Assembly (NCBI GenBank): GCA_963706795.1
Contig: OY970170.1
Span: 360,001-392,000, forward strand
Source of the DNA: Candidatus Saccharimonadota bacterium
GTDB lineage: Bacteria; Patescibacteriota; Gracilibacteria; BD1-5; UBA2023
Direction of reading: 5' to 3'
DNA: 32,000 nucleotides
Shown: piece by piece, positions 1 through 9,295 of the stretch
How positions within the stretch are numbered: position 1 is the first letter of the stretch
Layout: each line of letters begins with the position of its first letter
Position numbers and translations under genes: made by a program
The notes under the pieces: model-generated
Told to the model about the DNA's origin: nothing
What the model saw: the letters and a program-made list of their open reading frames with translations, nothing else
Databases searched by the model: none

Positions 1-562
1 GAGTTGCCTTGCCGGAGAGTCCAAAGGTCTTGCCGGTTGGATCGCTTCCAATCACATTCCAGACGAGCGGCCCATCCATCGAAAAGACGAATTCTTTGGT
101 TGGTATGTAGGTATCAAATCCATTTGAAGCAGTAGGTTTTCGTGGATCTTTCCAGATTTTATCACTCACACGCGAGAGCTCTTTACCTTTTTCGTAAAAG
201 AGCGGGATGATTTCAAATCCCTGTGATGCGATCGTACCAGAATAGCTTATGGCATTTCCGATAAGTGAATAGCTAATAAGCGGAGCTCGTTTGTCGTCAT
301 TTTTTGTAAAGATTTTGCCATCTGTACTCGAAAAATCGAGATCATCTGCAAATCATTCTCGATGATTTTTGGTTTTAAGAAGCGCGTATTCCATAGCTCA
401 CTCAGCAGCATGGTATGACGAAATCCCATCGTAGAGCGCCTTATTAATCTGATTTTCGGAGAGGAAGAGGAAGAGAATTCCAGCTGATAATACGATCAAA
501 AATCCCGTGAGAAGCACGGCCATAATCGTTGAGAATCCTCGATTTGATGGAATTTTGCGCAT
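1..562 (-). CDS. PilX/GspK-like minor pilin, partial (3' end leaves the window)
   Basis: ATG at comp(560-562) overlaps the upstream TAA (TAATG). N-terminus is MRKIPSNRGFSTIMAVLLTGFLIVLSAGILF, followed by YHAAE-G-AMEYALLKTK (PilX_N-like). Two in-frame TGA are read as Gly. The frame stays open to position 1. Absent from the standard-code track. Confidence 0.6.
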
Positions 563-1230
563 TAGTGGGACTTATAAAGTTTTTCGGCGATGGTCGTCTG
601 GACTGGAATAGTGAGCGCTTCAGCAATTTCGGTCGTAATTCCTTGGCGCGGTGCGGCGGTGAGCAAGAAAGTTATAGTTACCTTTCATTCAGAGTCCGCA
701 TTATTGGCAAAAGTCTTCGAATCAACACCAGATATAAAAAATCTGAGTGTCTTGATCCGCACACTCTTGTCCGTAATACGTATACGCTCACCATCCGGAA
801 GCTCGCGACCAAGATAACAATCAGTATCACTCGCAGCACATTTTGTAGGAAGCGAAGCAAGATTATCGTGCATAAGATAGTACGACAGCGTGCAATTTTG
901 ACCGCCTCATGGACAATTTTCTGGGGCTACTTTTGTGATGAGCACATCCGTTCCTGAGCTCGTATAATTGGTTCGTCCCGCCATAACATTGCAGCCAGTC
1001 GCCACGGCATTCATCTGATCGTAGCAAGCAAATGCAATACCATTGTCACGAATATCTTTGGCGATAATCTCTGTCACATTTCTCGCATTTTCTTGGAGTG
1101 AGCGAGCAACAGAGAGGCGCTTATTGAGATTGATGATATTGGAATAGATACCAAAAACACTCACCATCACAAATGATAAAATAGTGACTGCGATAATAAT
1201 CTCTATGAGCGTGAAAGCTTTTTTGTTCAT
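562..1230 (-). CDS. PilW/GspJ-like minor pilin (prepilin N-terminal methylation motif)
   Basis: MNKKAFTLIEIIIAVTILSF followed by SLQENARNVTEIIAKDIRDNG. Track ORFs 907..1230 and 685..873 are joined through TGA at comp(907-909) and comp(685-687). TAA at comp(562-564). Confidence 0.7.
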
Positions 1231-1850
1231 TATTTTTTCCAGTCAGTGAGTATGGTGTGCATGGCGTATTCGCGATAATCTCACTCCGTCGTCGCGAGGA
1301 CCGCAGTAATTGCGAGCGCAGAAGGTACCACTCAGACACTATCTTTTACTTCCTCAATTTGAACAAAGGTGTAGTAGGGCGTGGATTTTGCACCGACGCA
1401 ATCGTGAGTATAACGTCCGAGTTCATCGATACAAAGTCTGATTTCGGAGCTTCCAAGTGGAGCGTTTGCCTCGGATGACACCTTTGTTTTCGCGTCAAAA
1501 GTACCGGTCGCGATCTTTTTAAGAGCGATGGGGCTTTGAGTTGTATAGCGGTTTTGGATGGTATAGTATCCAGGTGAAAGTTCGCAATTTGCAGCACTGC
1601 TACAGATCGACATTTCAGTGAGTCCTTTCAGGGAATTCCAATTGCGAAGCGCGAGGTAATTGGTATCGCGGATACTCTTTACGAGCTCCATCTGCTCGCG
1701 GATAAGATTGGCCGCAAGGATTTCTTGCTTGGAGCGAAGCGAGAGATTCATCGCGCTTCTCACGAGCGAGTAGGCTCACAAAAATCAGACAGTGAAGATG
1801 AGTATCGCCACCATGACTTCTATGATCGTAAATCCTTTGTGCGATCGCAT
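1230..1850 (-). CDS. PilV/GspI-like minor pilin
   Basis: MRSHKGFTIIEVMVAILIFTV-G-FL-G-AYSLV. Extends track ORF 1332..1763 on both sides through four in-frame TGA. TAA at comp(1230-1232) overlaps the next ATG. Confidence 0.7.
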
Positions 1851-1851
1851 A

Positions 1852-2376
1852 TTATTGAATGACGAAATTTTTAGCAAGCGACCCCGTAGCGACACCTTTG
1901 AGACCCACAATTCCACCACTTGCAGTGATCTGCGAAGTGGTATTTCGGATTTCGATCTTTCAGCTCGGAGCTCGGAAAATTACCATGATTTCTGGAGAGC
2001 TTGGAGTGGTATCAAGTGTCGAAATCTCGACCCGATCCTCGAGTCGTAATTGCTCAACCATGATAGTATTCGCACCGAGATTAAAATCAGAAGTTCCTCT
2101 TTGTAATGCTCTCATTTGGGTAGTTTTTTCGCCCTTTTTGAGATAGACGGCCATATCGGCGTTTTTGGAGGTGCCCGCAAAAGTATAACCCGTTGTAGAG
2201 AGGAGTTTTGCTTTATTTATGAGCTGTTCGATGCGCTCGGAGGACATGGCTACACGGGATTTATCCGCATAAAAGCTGTAGGGTGCATACGCAAGTGTCA
2301 TCAAAATCCCACCGATCGCGATAGCGACCATGAGTTCTATGAGTGTAAAAGCGTGACGAGACTTGCACCATTGCAT
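1852..2376 (-). CDS. FimT/GspH-like minor pilin
   Basis: MQWCKSRHAFTLIELMVAIAIGG gives a short prepilin leader if the ATG at 2376 is used; the track start at 2409 would give an implausibly long hydrophobic leader. Read through TGA at comp(1960-1962). TAA at comp(1852-1854). Confidence 0.65.
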
Positions 2377-2412
2377 GCCCACAGTGTAGGCAAAAACAAC
2401 GAAAATCAAAGC

Positions 2413-3501
2413 CTATCCAACCGTATCCGTAATCTTGAGAACAGCCGAAAATATCGCAAAAGCGAACCAGAGTACAAACATTCCTGCAATGAGGACCGCA
2501 CCTGGCTCAACAAACTTCACAAGCGTCGCAACCGAGGAGTCCACTTCCCTCGTATATTGCGCAGCGATCTTTGCACAGATTTTATTGATCGTAGAAGTAC
2601 GCTCACCCGCCCCAAGAAGTTGAATAAAATCCTGGGTAAATAGCGCATGATGCGGATCGATTTTTTCGAAACTGTCGGTGATCTTCATACCCGTTTCGAC
2701 GAGACGAGAGATTTCGGAGATGGCTTCTTCGTAGATGAGATTATTGGTGGATTCACCAGTGAGACGGAGCGTTTTTACGATCGGAATTCCTGCTCAGAGG
2801 AGGAGTCCAAGTGTCGTAGAAACTCGAACAATGAGATAATTACGATAGACCTTGCCGACCAGTGGCAATGAGAGAATAACTCGATCTATATGCTTGCGAC
2901 CCTGGTAGGTATTCGCATATGAAATCAACGCAACAATTACTCCGATCACTCCAAAGGCGAGAAGCAAAAAATGATTAGCGATGAAGTTACTCGTAACAAT
3001 GAGCGAAACCGTAACCGCTGGCAGATCTGTACCCGCATTTTCAAAGAGTGGAAGCAGTTTTGGTACGACAAAAACCATGATAATAGTCACGGCTGCCACC
3101 AAAAAGATGAGGATGATCATCGGATAGGTCATCGCTCCTTTAAGCTTTGCAGCAAGGTCTTCACGATCTCTGAGTTCGGTCGCGAGACTCATAAATGAGC
3201 GATGGATCGTTCCTGATTGTTCACCTGCTTCAATAATAGAAACTTCGCCTCGATCAAAGGTACGAGGAAGTTTCTTCATTGCATTACTCATGGAGTCACC
3301 GGACTCGACGAGCATGAGGAGATCGCTGGCATCGCGATAAAATTTTGGATTTTCGGTTTTAGCACAAAACGAGCGAAGTGCATCGATAAATGTCACTCCC
3401 CCATCTACGAGATTAGCGAGATGCTCATAAAAAAGCGCTTTTTCTTTGAGGGAAATACGATTCCAAAAATGTACGGTTACCTCTTGATTTTCTGATTTCA
3501 T
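2413..3501 (-). CDS. pilC: Type IV pilus assembly platform protein PilC (GspF family)
   Basis: Track ORFs 2794..3501 and 2413..2688 share a frame and are joined through TGA at comp(2794-2796). The model has the two-repeat GspF architecture, 362 aa, and ends in TAG. Confidence 0.9.
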
Positions 3502-3504
3502 GGT

Positions 3505-4056
3505 CTACTTGAGGTAATAGAGTCCGAGCTGCACACTTGCCGATACTGGGGCCGAAGCATCTGTATCCATTGGGAAAGTAAGTCCTTTTACAAGATAACG
3601 ACGCTTCCCATATACACCTGTGAGATCATCAATAAATGTATTAAGTCTCGCAACAGAATCCGCCTGAATAGAGAGTCCCACAGACGCGAGAGAAATACCA
3701 GACGGAAGTCGCTCACCTGGATTGAGAGACACTGAACCAATCGAAACTCCTGAACCAGAGACTGCAAAAATACTCTCAAGGATCTGGTCTTCGCGGTAAT
3801 TACCAGCATAACGAACTACATCTGCCTGCGCTGTATCAGAAGCCACAGATTGCTTGAGCGTATTAAGTGAATCAAGCGTTTTTCGGTAGCCTTCTACTTC
3901 ACGTGTTACATCCTCAAGATTAGAGGATTTTTCCATCGAAGAATAGTAGAGATCATAGGTGAAAAATCCACCAATGAAGAGACCAACGAGGACGAGAATA
4001 ACCGGAATGAGATTACCTTTTGAGCTCTGAAAGCGCTCGGAATTTTGTACGTTCAT
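3505..4056 (-). CDS. PilO-like pilus assembly protein (TM helix, coiled coil, C-terminal domain)
   Basis: Uninterrupted 183-aa ORF with an N-terminal TM segment (LIPVILVLVGLFIGGFF). Sits between the pilN-like gene and pilC. Ends in TAG. Confidence 0.55.
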   Translation of the reverse strand: MNVQNSERFQSSKGNLIPVILVLVGLFIGGFFTYDLYYSSMEKSSNLEDVTREVEGYRKTLDSLNTLKQSVASDTAQADVVRYAGNYREDQILESIFAVSGSGVSIGSVSLNPGERLPSGISLASVGLSIQADSVARLNTFIDDLTGVYGKRRYLVKGLTFPMDTDASAPVSASVQLGLYYLK

Positions 4057-4057
4057 G

Positions 4058-4615
4058 TTATTTTGTCTTAAATTCTACACCAAAACTGCGCTTTGATTCA
4101 TCACCATTTACACTCGTGATTGGCTCAAGTTGGAGGGAGCCTGAGTAAGTGTTATTTCTATAATCCCCTACGAGTTTAATCACTTTACGAATCGCATCAT
4201 CCGCGAGCCCCTTCTCAGCATTGACGGACGTATTGATATGACCACCCTGATATGCAAAGCCCGTAAATTGGATGAGGTAGTCACGATGAATCTTGTCGAT
4301 TTCACGAACATAATTTGAGACGATGGAAGACTCAATATTTTTAATGATCTCAGGTTTTGCCTGCGAAAGAATCTCAGCCGCCTGAACAACAGGATCCATT
4401 TTGAGAGCAACAATAGAAGTCTGGTATTCTGATCAGCGTTTCTTTTCTGCTGCAATGTCATTTTCGAGAGACATATTGCGATAGACAAAATACGCAGTGA
4501 AGAGCACGACGATTGCCAAAAACGCACCTGCACCCATCATGGCGTAGGAAGCGTGAGGTTTTTTTGGACTGAGCTCGTCAAGAGAGTCGTTGTTTTGGGT
4601 AGGATTCATAGGCAT
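4058..4615 (-). CDS. PilN-like bitopic membrane protein
   Basis: Track ORFs 4433..4657 and 4058..4399 are joined through TGA at comp(4433-4435). One TM segment (AMMGAGAFLAIVVLFTAYFVY). The start is uncertain: ATG at 4657, 4615 or 4609. Confidence 0.45.
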
Positions 4616-4698
4616 GTGATATATTGACAGGCTACCACGAAGTGCAAATGGTTGCAAATTTCCGCTTGCAGTGATGAAATACTCTCTAAAATGGCGCT

Positions 4699-5094
4699 AT
4701 GATTTTACGTGAAAACGACCTCCAAAACCTCAATCTCGACCTTGTACCCTGAGACACAGTCTTTCTTTTTGGGGATCTGGGCGCTGGCAAAACTACATTC
4801 GTACGACAATTGATCCAAAAGCTTACTGGTCAATCGACCATCGTTCGGAGTCCGACTTATACGTATTTTTCAAAATACGAACCTAATATTTATCACTTCG
4901 ACCTCTATCGAATTGATGACTACGAGACTTTTACGAATATTGGCGCAGAGGATATTTTTGAGGATGACACTGCTATTCGATTTATAGAATGGCCAGAAAT
5001 TCTGGGCGATCAATATGCACCTACGATATCGATCACACTCAAAAAAATCCCCGATGATGAGGGATTAAGAGAGGTTATAATTGAGCGATTTTAA
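4699..5094 (+). CDS. tsaE: tRNA t6A37 biosynthesis ATPase TsaE
   Basis: MILRENDLQNLNLDLVP-G-DTVFLFGDLGAGKTTFVRQL. The P-loop becomes visible only after reading TGA 4750-4752 as Gly. Continues into track ORF 4810..5094. Ends in TAA. Confidence 0.85.
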
Positions 5095-6047
5095 GCTTCA
5101 ACTGTTGTTCGCTCATCAAAGAGCACCTTCGTAAAAAAGAAATATCCAACCATAGCGTACACCGCAATAATACCTGTTTTTCCGTAAGTGAGCGAGATAT
5201 CAAAAAGTGCATGAACTCCTATCGCGATGAGAAACGCAAAGAAAAATCGGATATATGTCGCAGAGGTTCGAGCCACAACATATCGCCCAAATCCAAGTGC
5301 AAAAATGAGTGCAGCAAAGACATGTAAGAGAAGCGATACAACCGAACGGGATGCAAGTGTACCAATGAATGCCGCGGAACCGATCCCATCATCGAGCGCG
5401 AGATTTATGAGATAGTAGACATTCTCCAAAAATGCGAAGCCAAGCGCGGTAAATACCGTAGCAAGCGCTATATATTTTGGGGTGACTTCTGCGATGTCGA
5501 GCGAAGCATAGACTGCGAGATGTTTGGTGGATTCTTCGAGAGCACCGACAAAGAGATACGCGAGCGTAATCGAAGAAAGTGAAGCGAGCGTTGCTCCGAG
5601 CAGCTCAATATGTACTCCTGAGCTATTGATTCCTCCTGATGATCCAAGGAGGAGACTCAAGGCCAAAAACACGATCGCAAAGGAAGCGATCACTAAAAGC
5701 GACCGTACCAAAAGACCTATTCGATCGAAGATTTGACGGAAAAAAATGACCGAGATGACCATCAAAAATAGCAAAATTGGAAGCCCATATGAGAGCAAAA
5801 AACTCTCCAAAAAAGCAACTGAAAGACTCGGAGCTTGCAGATATGAAAAAACACTCTGCGTTGAGAAGTACTCAAATATTTCCTTGGAATGCACGATCGG
5901 AATAACACTCAGTCCGCCCGCGAGAATCCCAATAAAAAACCGTGTCGCAGAAAGTGGAGAATTCTGCGCATAAGAAAAAAGATATCCCCAAAAAACAATC
6001 GGGAGAAATACGATAATAATCGAGAATATTATTCGTAAGATATCCAT
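5091..6047 (-). CDS. PrsW-family intramembrane metalloprotease
   Basis: Polytopic 318-aa ORF with the motifs ALEESTKH, GFAFLENVYY, LLHVFAA and HALFD. No TGA. Its TAA overlaps the tsaE TAA (convergent genes, shared TTAA). Confidence 0.6.
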   Translation of the reverse strand: MDILRIIFSIIIVFLPIVFWGYLFSYAQNSPLSATRFFIGILAGGLSVIPIVHSKEIFEYFSTQSVFSYLQAPSLSVAFLESFLLSYGLPILLFLMVISVIFFRQIFDRIGLLVRSLLVIASFAIVFLALSLLLGSSGGINSSGVHIELLGATLASLSSITLAYLFVGALEESTKHLAVYASLDIAEVTPKYIALATVFTALGFAFLENVYYLINLALDDGIGSAAFIGTLASRSVVSLLLHVFAALIFALGFGRYVVARTSATYIRFFFAFLIAIGVHALFDISLTYGKTGIIAVYAMVGYFFFTKVLFDERTTVEA

Positions 6048-6254
6048 CTATTTGTTTTTCTTATAGATCTCATAGCCACCAAATCGGATAGGATCACCAT
6101 TCGATTTTTTCCCTCCAGTAGCAAAAATACCGCTTAAGAAAAGAAATTGTACGCCGATCGCTATACAGATAAATGCAAGGATATACGCAATGAGGTCAGG
6201 CTTAATGAGCACAAGGACTCCAAAAACGATCAAGATAGCTCCAGTAGTTCGCAT
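6048..6254 (-). CDS. Small two-TM membrane protein
   Basis: 68-aa ORF. Its TAG directly abuts the downstream ATG at 6047, and it lies 3 nt after the murA stop, so operon placement is likely. Confidence 0.5.
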   Translation of the reverse strand: MRTTGAILIVFGVLVLIKPDLIAYILAFICIAIGVQFLFLSGIFATGGKKSNGDPIRFGGYEIYKKNK

Positions 6255-6257
6255 ATG

Positions 6258-7523
6258 TTATGGGGTTACTCCGATATATTCGACATGTGCGCCCAGTTTA
6301 CGCAATTTTCCGATAATGTCTTCATATCCGCGATCGATGTATTCGACATTGGTAATGAGGGTCTCACCTTCAGCAACGAATGCTGCGAGGATCATCGCGA
6401 CTCCCGCTCTGAGATCCCAACTCGAAACCGTAGCACCGCGAAGCTGAGTTTTCCCGAATACAAGTGCTGCATTTGGATTAAGAATAGCAGGATGCCCCTT
6501 CATTTTTTCGATTTCAAAGAGCCAATTGAGACGGCTTTCGTAGACGATTTCTTCAACACGACTCACTCATTCTGCCTGTGTGAGAAGAATCACAAATGGA
6601 GACTGAAGATCCGTTGGAAATCCTGGGAAAATATTCGTCTGCATACGTACTGGCTTTAGCGAATCAATCGAACGATAGACGCGAAGTGTATCTCATGGAA
6701 GTACTTCATATCGAACTCCCGCCTCAGTAGCCTTTGTGAGGAATGCTCTGAGATCCTTGATACGAGCATCGAGAATATCGACATAAGTCTCAGCCGCAAG
6801 AGCCGCTGCAACAACAAATGTACCGGATTCAATATAATCTGCGATTACTTCGCCATGAGCTTCGTCAGCGAGTTTTTCGACACCGATGATCTCAATGGTG
6901 TGGTCATATCCGATCGAAATCTTTGCACCATGTGCATTTAAAAAATCTACAAGCGCCACAACATGCGGCTCAATAGCTGAGAGGAAGATGCGAGTAGTTC
7001 CCTTTCGAAGAACATTTGCGAGGATGAGTGACTCTGTAGCCGTTACTGCAAAACCAGCCGAAAACTCAACATCACCTTCTTTCGCTGTACCCGAGAGAGA
7101 AACTCCAGAGTCGGAATAACTTCCTTCGTAGCCGATATCAAAAAAACCGGACATGAGGAAGTCGATGGGGCGCTTACCAATATTACATCCACCTGGATAT
7201 GGCAACTCTACCGAACCAAAGGCACGAAGAAAGGCTGGCACCAAAAGAATACTCGCACGAATTTTTTTCACGAGATCGAGATCCATTCCCTCACCATGCA
7301 TCGAACCAGTTTCGATCGTAAGCGTTCAATTACTGAGCTCAACCTGTACACCAACACTCTTTGCAATCGCCAAAAGCGTGTGAACATCACTAATATTTGG
7401 CACGTTTTTGAGAACTGCCTTCTTAAATAAAAGTGCCGCACCAATGAGTGGAAGTGCTGCATTTTTAGAACCCGAGATTTGTACCGTACCTGAGAGCTTC
7501 TGTCCGCCTGTAATTTTGAGCAT
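6258..7523 (-). CDS. murA: UDP-N-acetylglucosamine 1-carboxyvinyltransferase
   Basis: Three same-frame track ORFs (7326..7523, 6693..7301, 6258..6566) are joined through TGA at comp(7326-7328), comp(6693-6695) and comp(6567-6569). Gives 421 aa. VELSN-G-TLTIE and LTQAE-G-VSRV match the Gly positions I recall in E. coli MurA (ERNGSV, VAEGTG). Confidence 0.95.
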
Positions 7524-7526
7524 TTT

Positions 7527-8225
7527 TTAGAGTATATTACGAAGTGCTGCGATATTGAATGCATAGTCCATCTTCATCGATCAGAGCATGCCGATGTAGG
7601 CGTCATAGCCTTCGAGATTGATTTTTTTGACGATCATGGCTGAGGTTTCGAGCTCGGGGATGATATTTTCTTCACCGAGGAAGACAGAGACGCGACGTGA
7701 GACTTCGAGGGTTTTGAGGAGGTCTATGAAGTGGTGTTTATTCTCAAGAACCTTAATAACATTGTAGGCCTCAGCTCCAAGTAAGAGGCTGTTTTTTTCG
7801 AGGAAGTTCGTGAGTCCGAGATAGTAATTAGCGCCCACATCAGGAATACACCCAAAGGTGATTTCTTTAGTGATCTTGGTCAGTTTTGCAACGATGGAAT
7901 AGAGTGCATCGTCGACTCTTTCGCGATCAGCCCGCTCGATGAGCTCGTTTTCGGCCTCAATGAATTGGGGCATCATATGCTCCATGAGGTAGTCAACGAA
8001 GACGCGTATACCGCGAGTGGTTGGTAGTCGACCTGCTGAATTGTAGGGCTGGAATATGAGGCCCATTTTTTCGAGACTCGCCATGTCATTTCGCACGGTC
8101 GCACTCGAAACACCCATATCGTGTTTTTTGAGAAGTGATTTCGAGCCGGTAATTTCTCCGGTCTTAATGTATTCCTCAACGATAATCTTGAGTATCTGGA
8201 TCTTTCGAAGGTCTATTTTCTTCAT
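7527..8225 (-). CDS. hrcA: Heat-inducible transcription repressor HrcA
   Basis: MKKIDLRKIQILKIIVEEYIKTGEITGSKSLL...VSSATVRNDMASLEKMGLIFQPYNSAGRLPTTRG. One TGA at comp(7581-7583). TAA at comp(7527-7529). Start chosen at the ATG at 8225, not the track start at 8333. Confidence 0.85.
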
Positions 8226-8243
8226 GCAAAATTGAATGTCTGA

Positions 8244-8271
8244 ATTGTAAGGGAAGCAGAGGGAAAGTAAA
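8244..8271 (-). promoter_or_regulatory. Putative sigma70-type promoter for hrcA-murA
   Basis: On the minus strand: TTTACT, 16-nt spacer, TACAAT, about 18 nt upstream of ATG 8225. Confidence 0.4.
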
Positions 8272-8306
8272 CGTGATTTTTGAAGCCATTTTTTGGACGA
8301 TTTTGA

Positions 8307-8334
8307 TTGACAAAACAAAGTTTTTGAATACAAA
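8307..8334 (+). promoter_or_regulatory. Putative promoter for the small gene at 8380
   Basis: TTGACA, 16-nt spacer, TACAAA. Confidence 0.45.
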
Positions 8335-8379
8335 GCTCACACACATTTTTTGTCTCATAGTGGGACTAAGGAGAAAGTT

Positions 8380-8742
8380 GTGAATAATGTATACAAATCG
8401 ATATCAAAAGTAGTTGCCTCGTTGTTCGGACGTATTGAACAATTGACGCGGACACAAGAAGCGGAAATTGCGGCTTACACCGTAAAAAATGTCAGTCTGT
8501 CTGCACTGCAAAAGCGGGTGAGCAAAACCCAGCACGACACAGCAAAGACGCTGATTATTCCGCATGGAACAACACATACCGTCATCACGACGTGTAGTGA
8601 AGTTCAAAATTATTTGAATGCACTTCCAGGCGCCACTCCAGAAACCGCGGATCTGCTGCCAAAAGCAAAAGCACAACTCACCAAACACAGACGCGACCAA
8701 TTGGTGACACTGGACTTCTCAAGTTCAGCATTCTGCTACTAA
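8380..8742 (+). CDS. Hypothetical small protein (120 aa)
   Basis: GTG start 6 nt after AAGGAG (8368-8373). No TGA. Ends in TAA, followed by a strong terminator. I recognise no motif. Confidence 0.55.
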   Translation: MNNVYKSISKVVASLFGRIEQLTRTQEAEIAAYTVKNVSLSALQKRVSKTQHDTAKTLIIPHGTTHTVITTCSEVQNYLNALPGATPETADLLPKAKAQLTKHRRDQLVTLDFSSSAFCY

Positions 8743-8785
8743 GCCAAGACGACGAAAAGGAATCTAAATGAATTTTCAGTCTTAC

Positions 8786-8820
8786 GGGATATTACACACT
8801 GTGTGATATCCCATTTTTTT
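8786..8820 (+). terminator. Rho-independent terminator
   Basis: GGGATATTACACA / TGTGTGATATCCC stem of about 13 bp, followed by ATTTTTTT. Confidence 0.8.
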
Positions 8821-8842
8821 GCCCTGCGAGGGAATCTGCAAA

Positions 8843-8870
8843 TTGACAAATGAGGCATTCAGAATACAAC
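8843..8870 (+). promoter_or_regulatory. Putative promoter for the small gene at 8909
   Basis: TTGACA, 16-nt spacer, TACAAC. Same architecture as the promoter at 8307-8334. Confidence 0.45.
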
Positions 8871-8908
8871 GGTAGCGCATTGTTCACTCTCTAGAAAGGA
8901 GGTCCGAT

Positions 8909-9226
8909 ATGCACGCACGTAAAATAAATCCTGCGCCACTCATTGAAATTCCACCGATTACTCGGGATCAAATGAGCATCCTATCAAAACGTGGTAAAAT
9001 CATAACCCGCAATGGGAGGCGATTTACCACAAATGGAAACATAGCTATACAGGCAATGTTTCTCGCTCAAAATGAGGATATCTACCCTTTATACGGTAAT
9101 GTTACAGCAAAAGAAATCCAAGATTTACAAGACGGAAATACACCTGTAACCATACGATTGCACACTGGGTATATCTATACAGATAGCTTGGGACTTGCGC
9201 AGCAAGCAGTCGGTCATCTCAATTGA
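8909..9226 (+). CDS. Hypothetical small protein (105 aa)
   Basis: ATG 6 nt after AGGAGG (8897-8902). No TGA codons internally, although its own terminating codon at 9224-9226 is TGA. A perfect 10-bp hairpin (CATCTCAATT / AATTGAGATG, 9216-9250) spans that codon, and a second terminator hairpin follows. Confidence 0.55.
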   Translation: MHARKINPAPLIEIPPITRDQMSILSKRGKIITRNGRRFTTNGNIAIQAMFLAQNEDIYPLYGNVTAKEIQDLQDGNTPVTIRLHTGYIYTDSLGLAQQAVGHLN

Positions 9227-9258
9227 ATTTTATCAATTTTAATTGAGATGACATATTC

Positions 9259-9295
9259 AAAAACCGTCACCCAGGGTGACGGTTTTATTTTTATC
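9259..9295. terminator. Bidirectional terminator between the 8909 gene and ftsK
   Basis: AAAAACCGTCAC..GTGACGGTTTTATTTTT, with an A-run on the left and a T-run on the right. Confidence 0.75.

Noticed and set aside
529-957. Plus-strand ORFs 529..957 and 590..817
   Set aside because: They are antisense to the minor-pilin genes, whose prepilin motifs and operon packing support the minus strand.
6258-7523. Treating the fragmented murA (and likewise ftsK, murE, galU, tlyA, the yebC-family gene and pilC) as pseudogenes or sequencing frameshifts
   Set aside because: All pieces stay in one frame. The only interruptions are TGA. The motifs on both sides are intact, and the same pattern recurs in about 20 genes. 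Recoding explains this far better than decay.
8226-8345. A CIRCE operator (TTAGCACTC-N9-GAGTGCTAA) upstream of hrcA
   Set aside because: I found no such inverted repeat here or elsewhere in the window. Only a plain promoter-like site is present.
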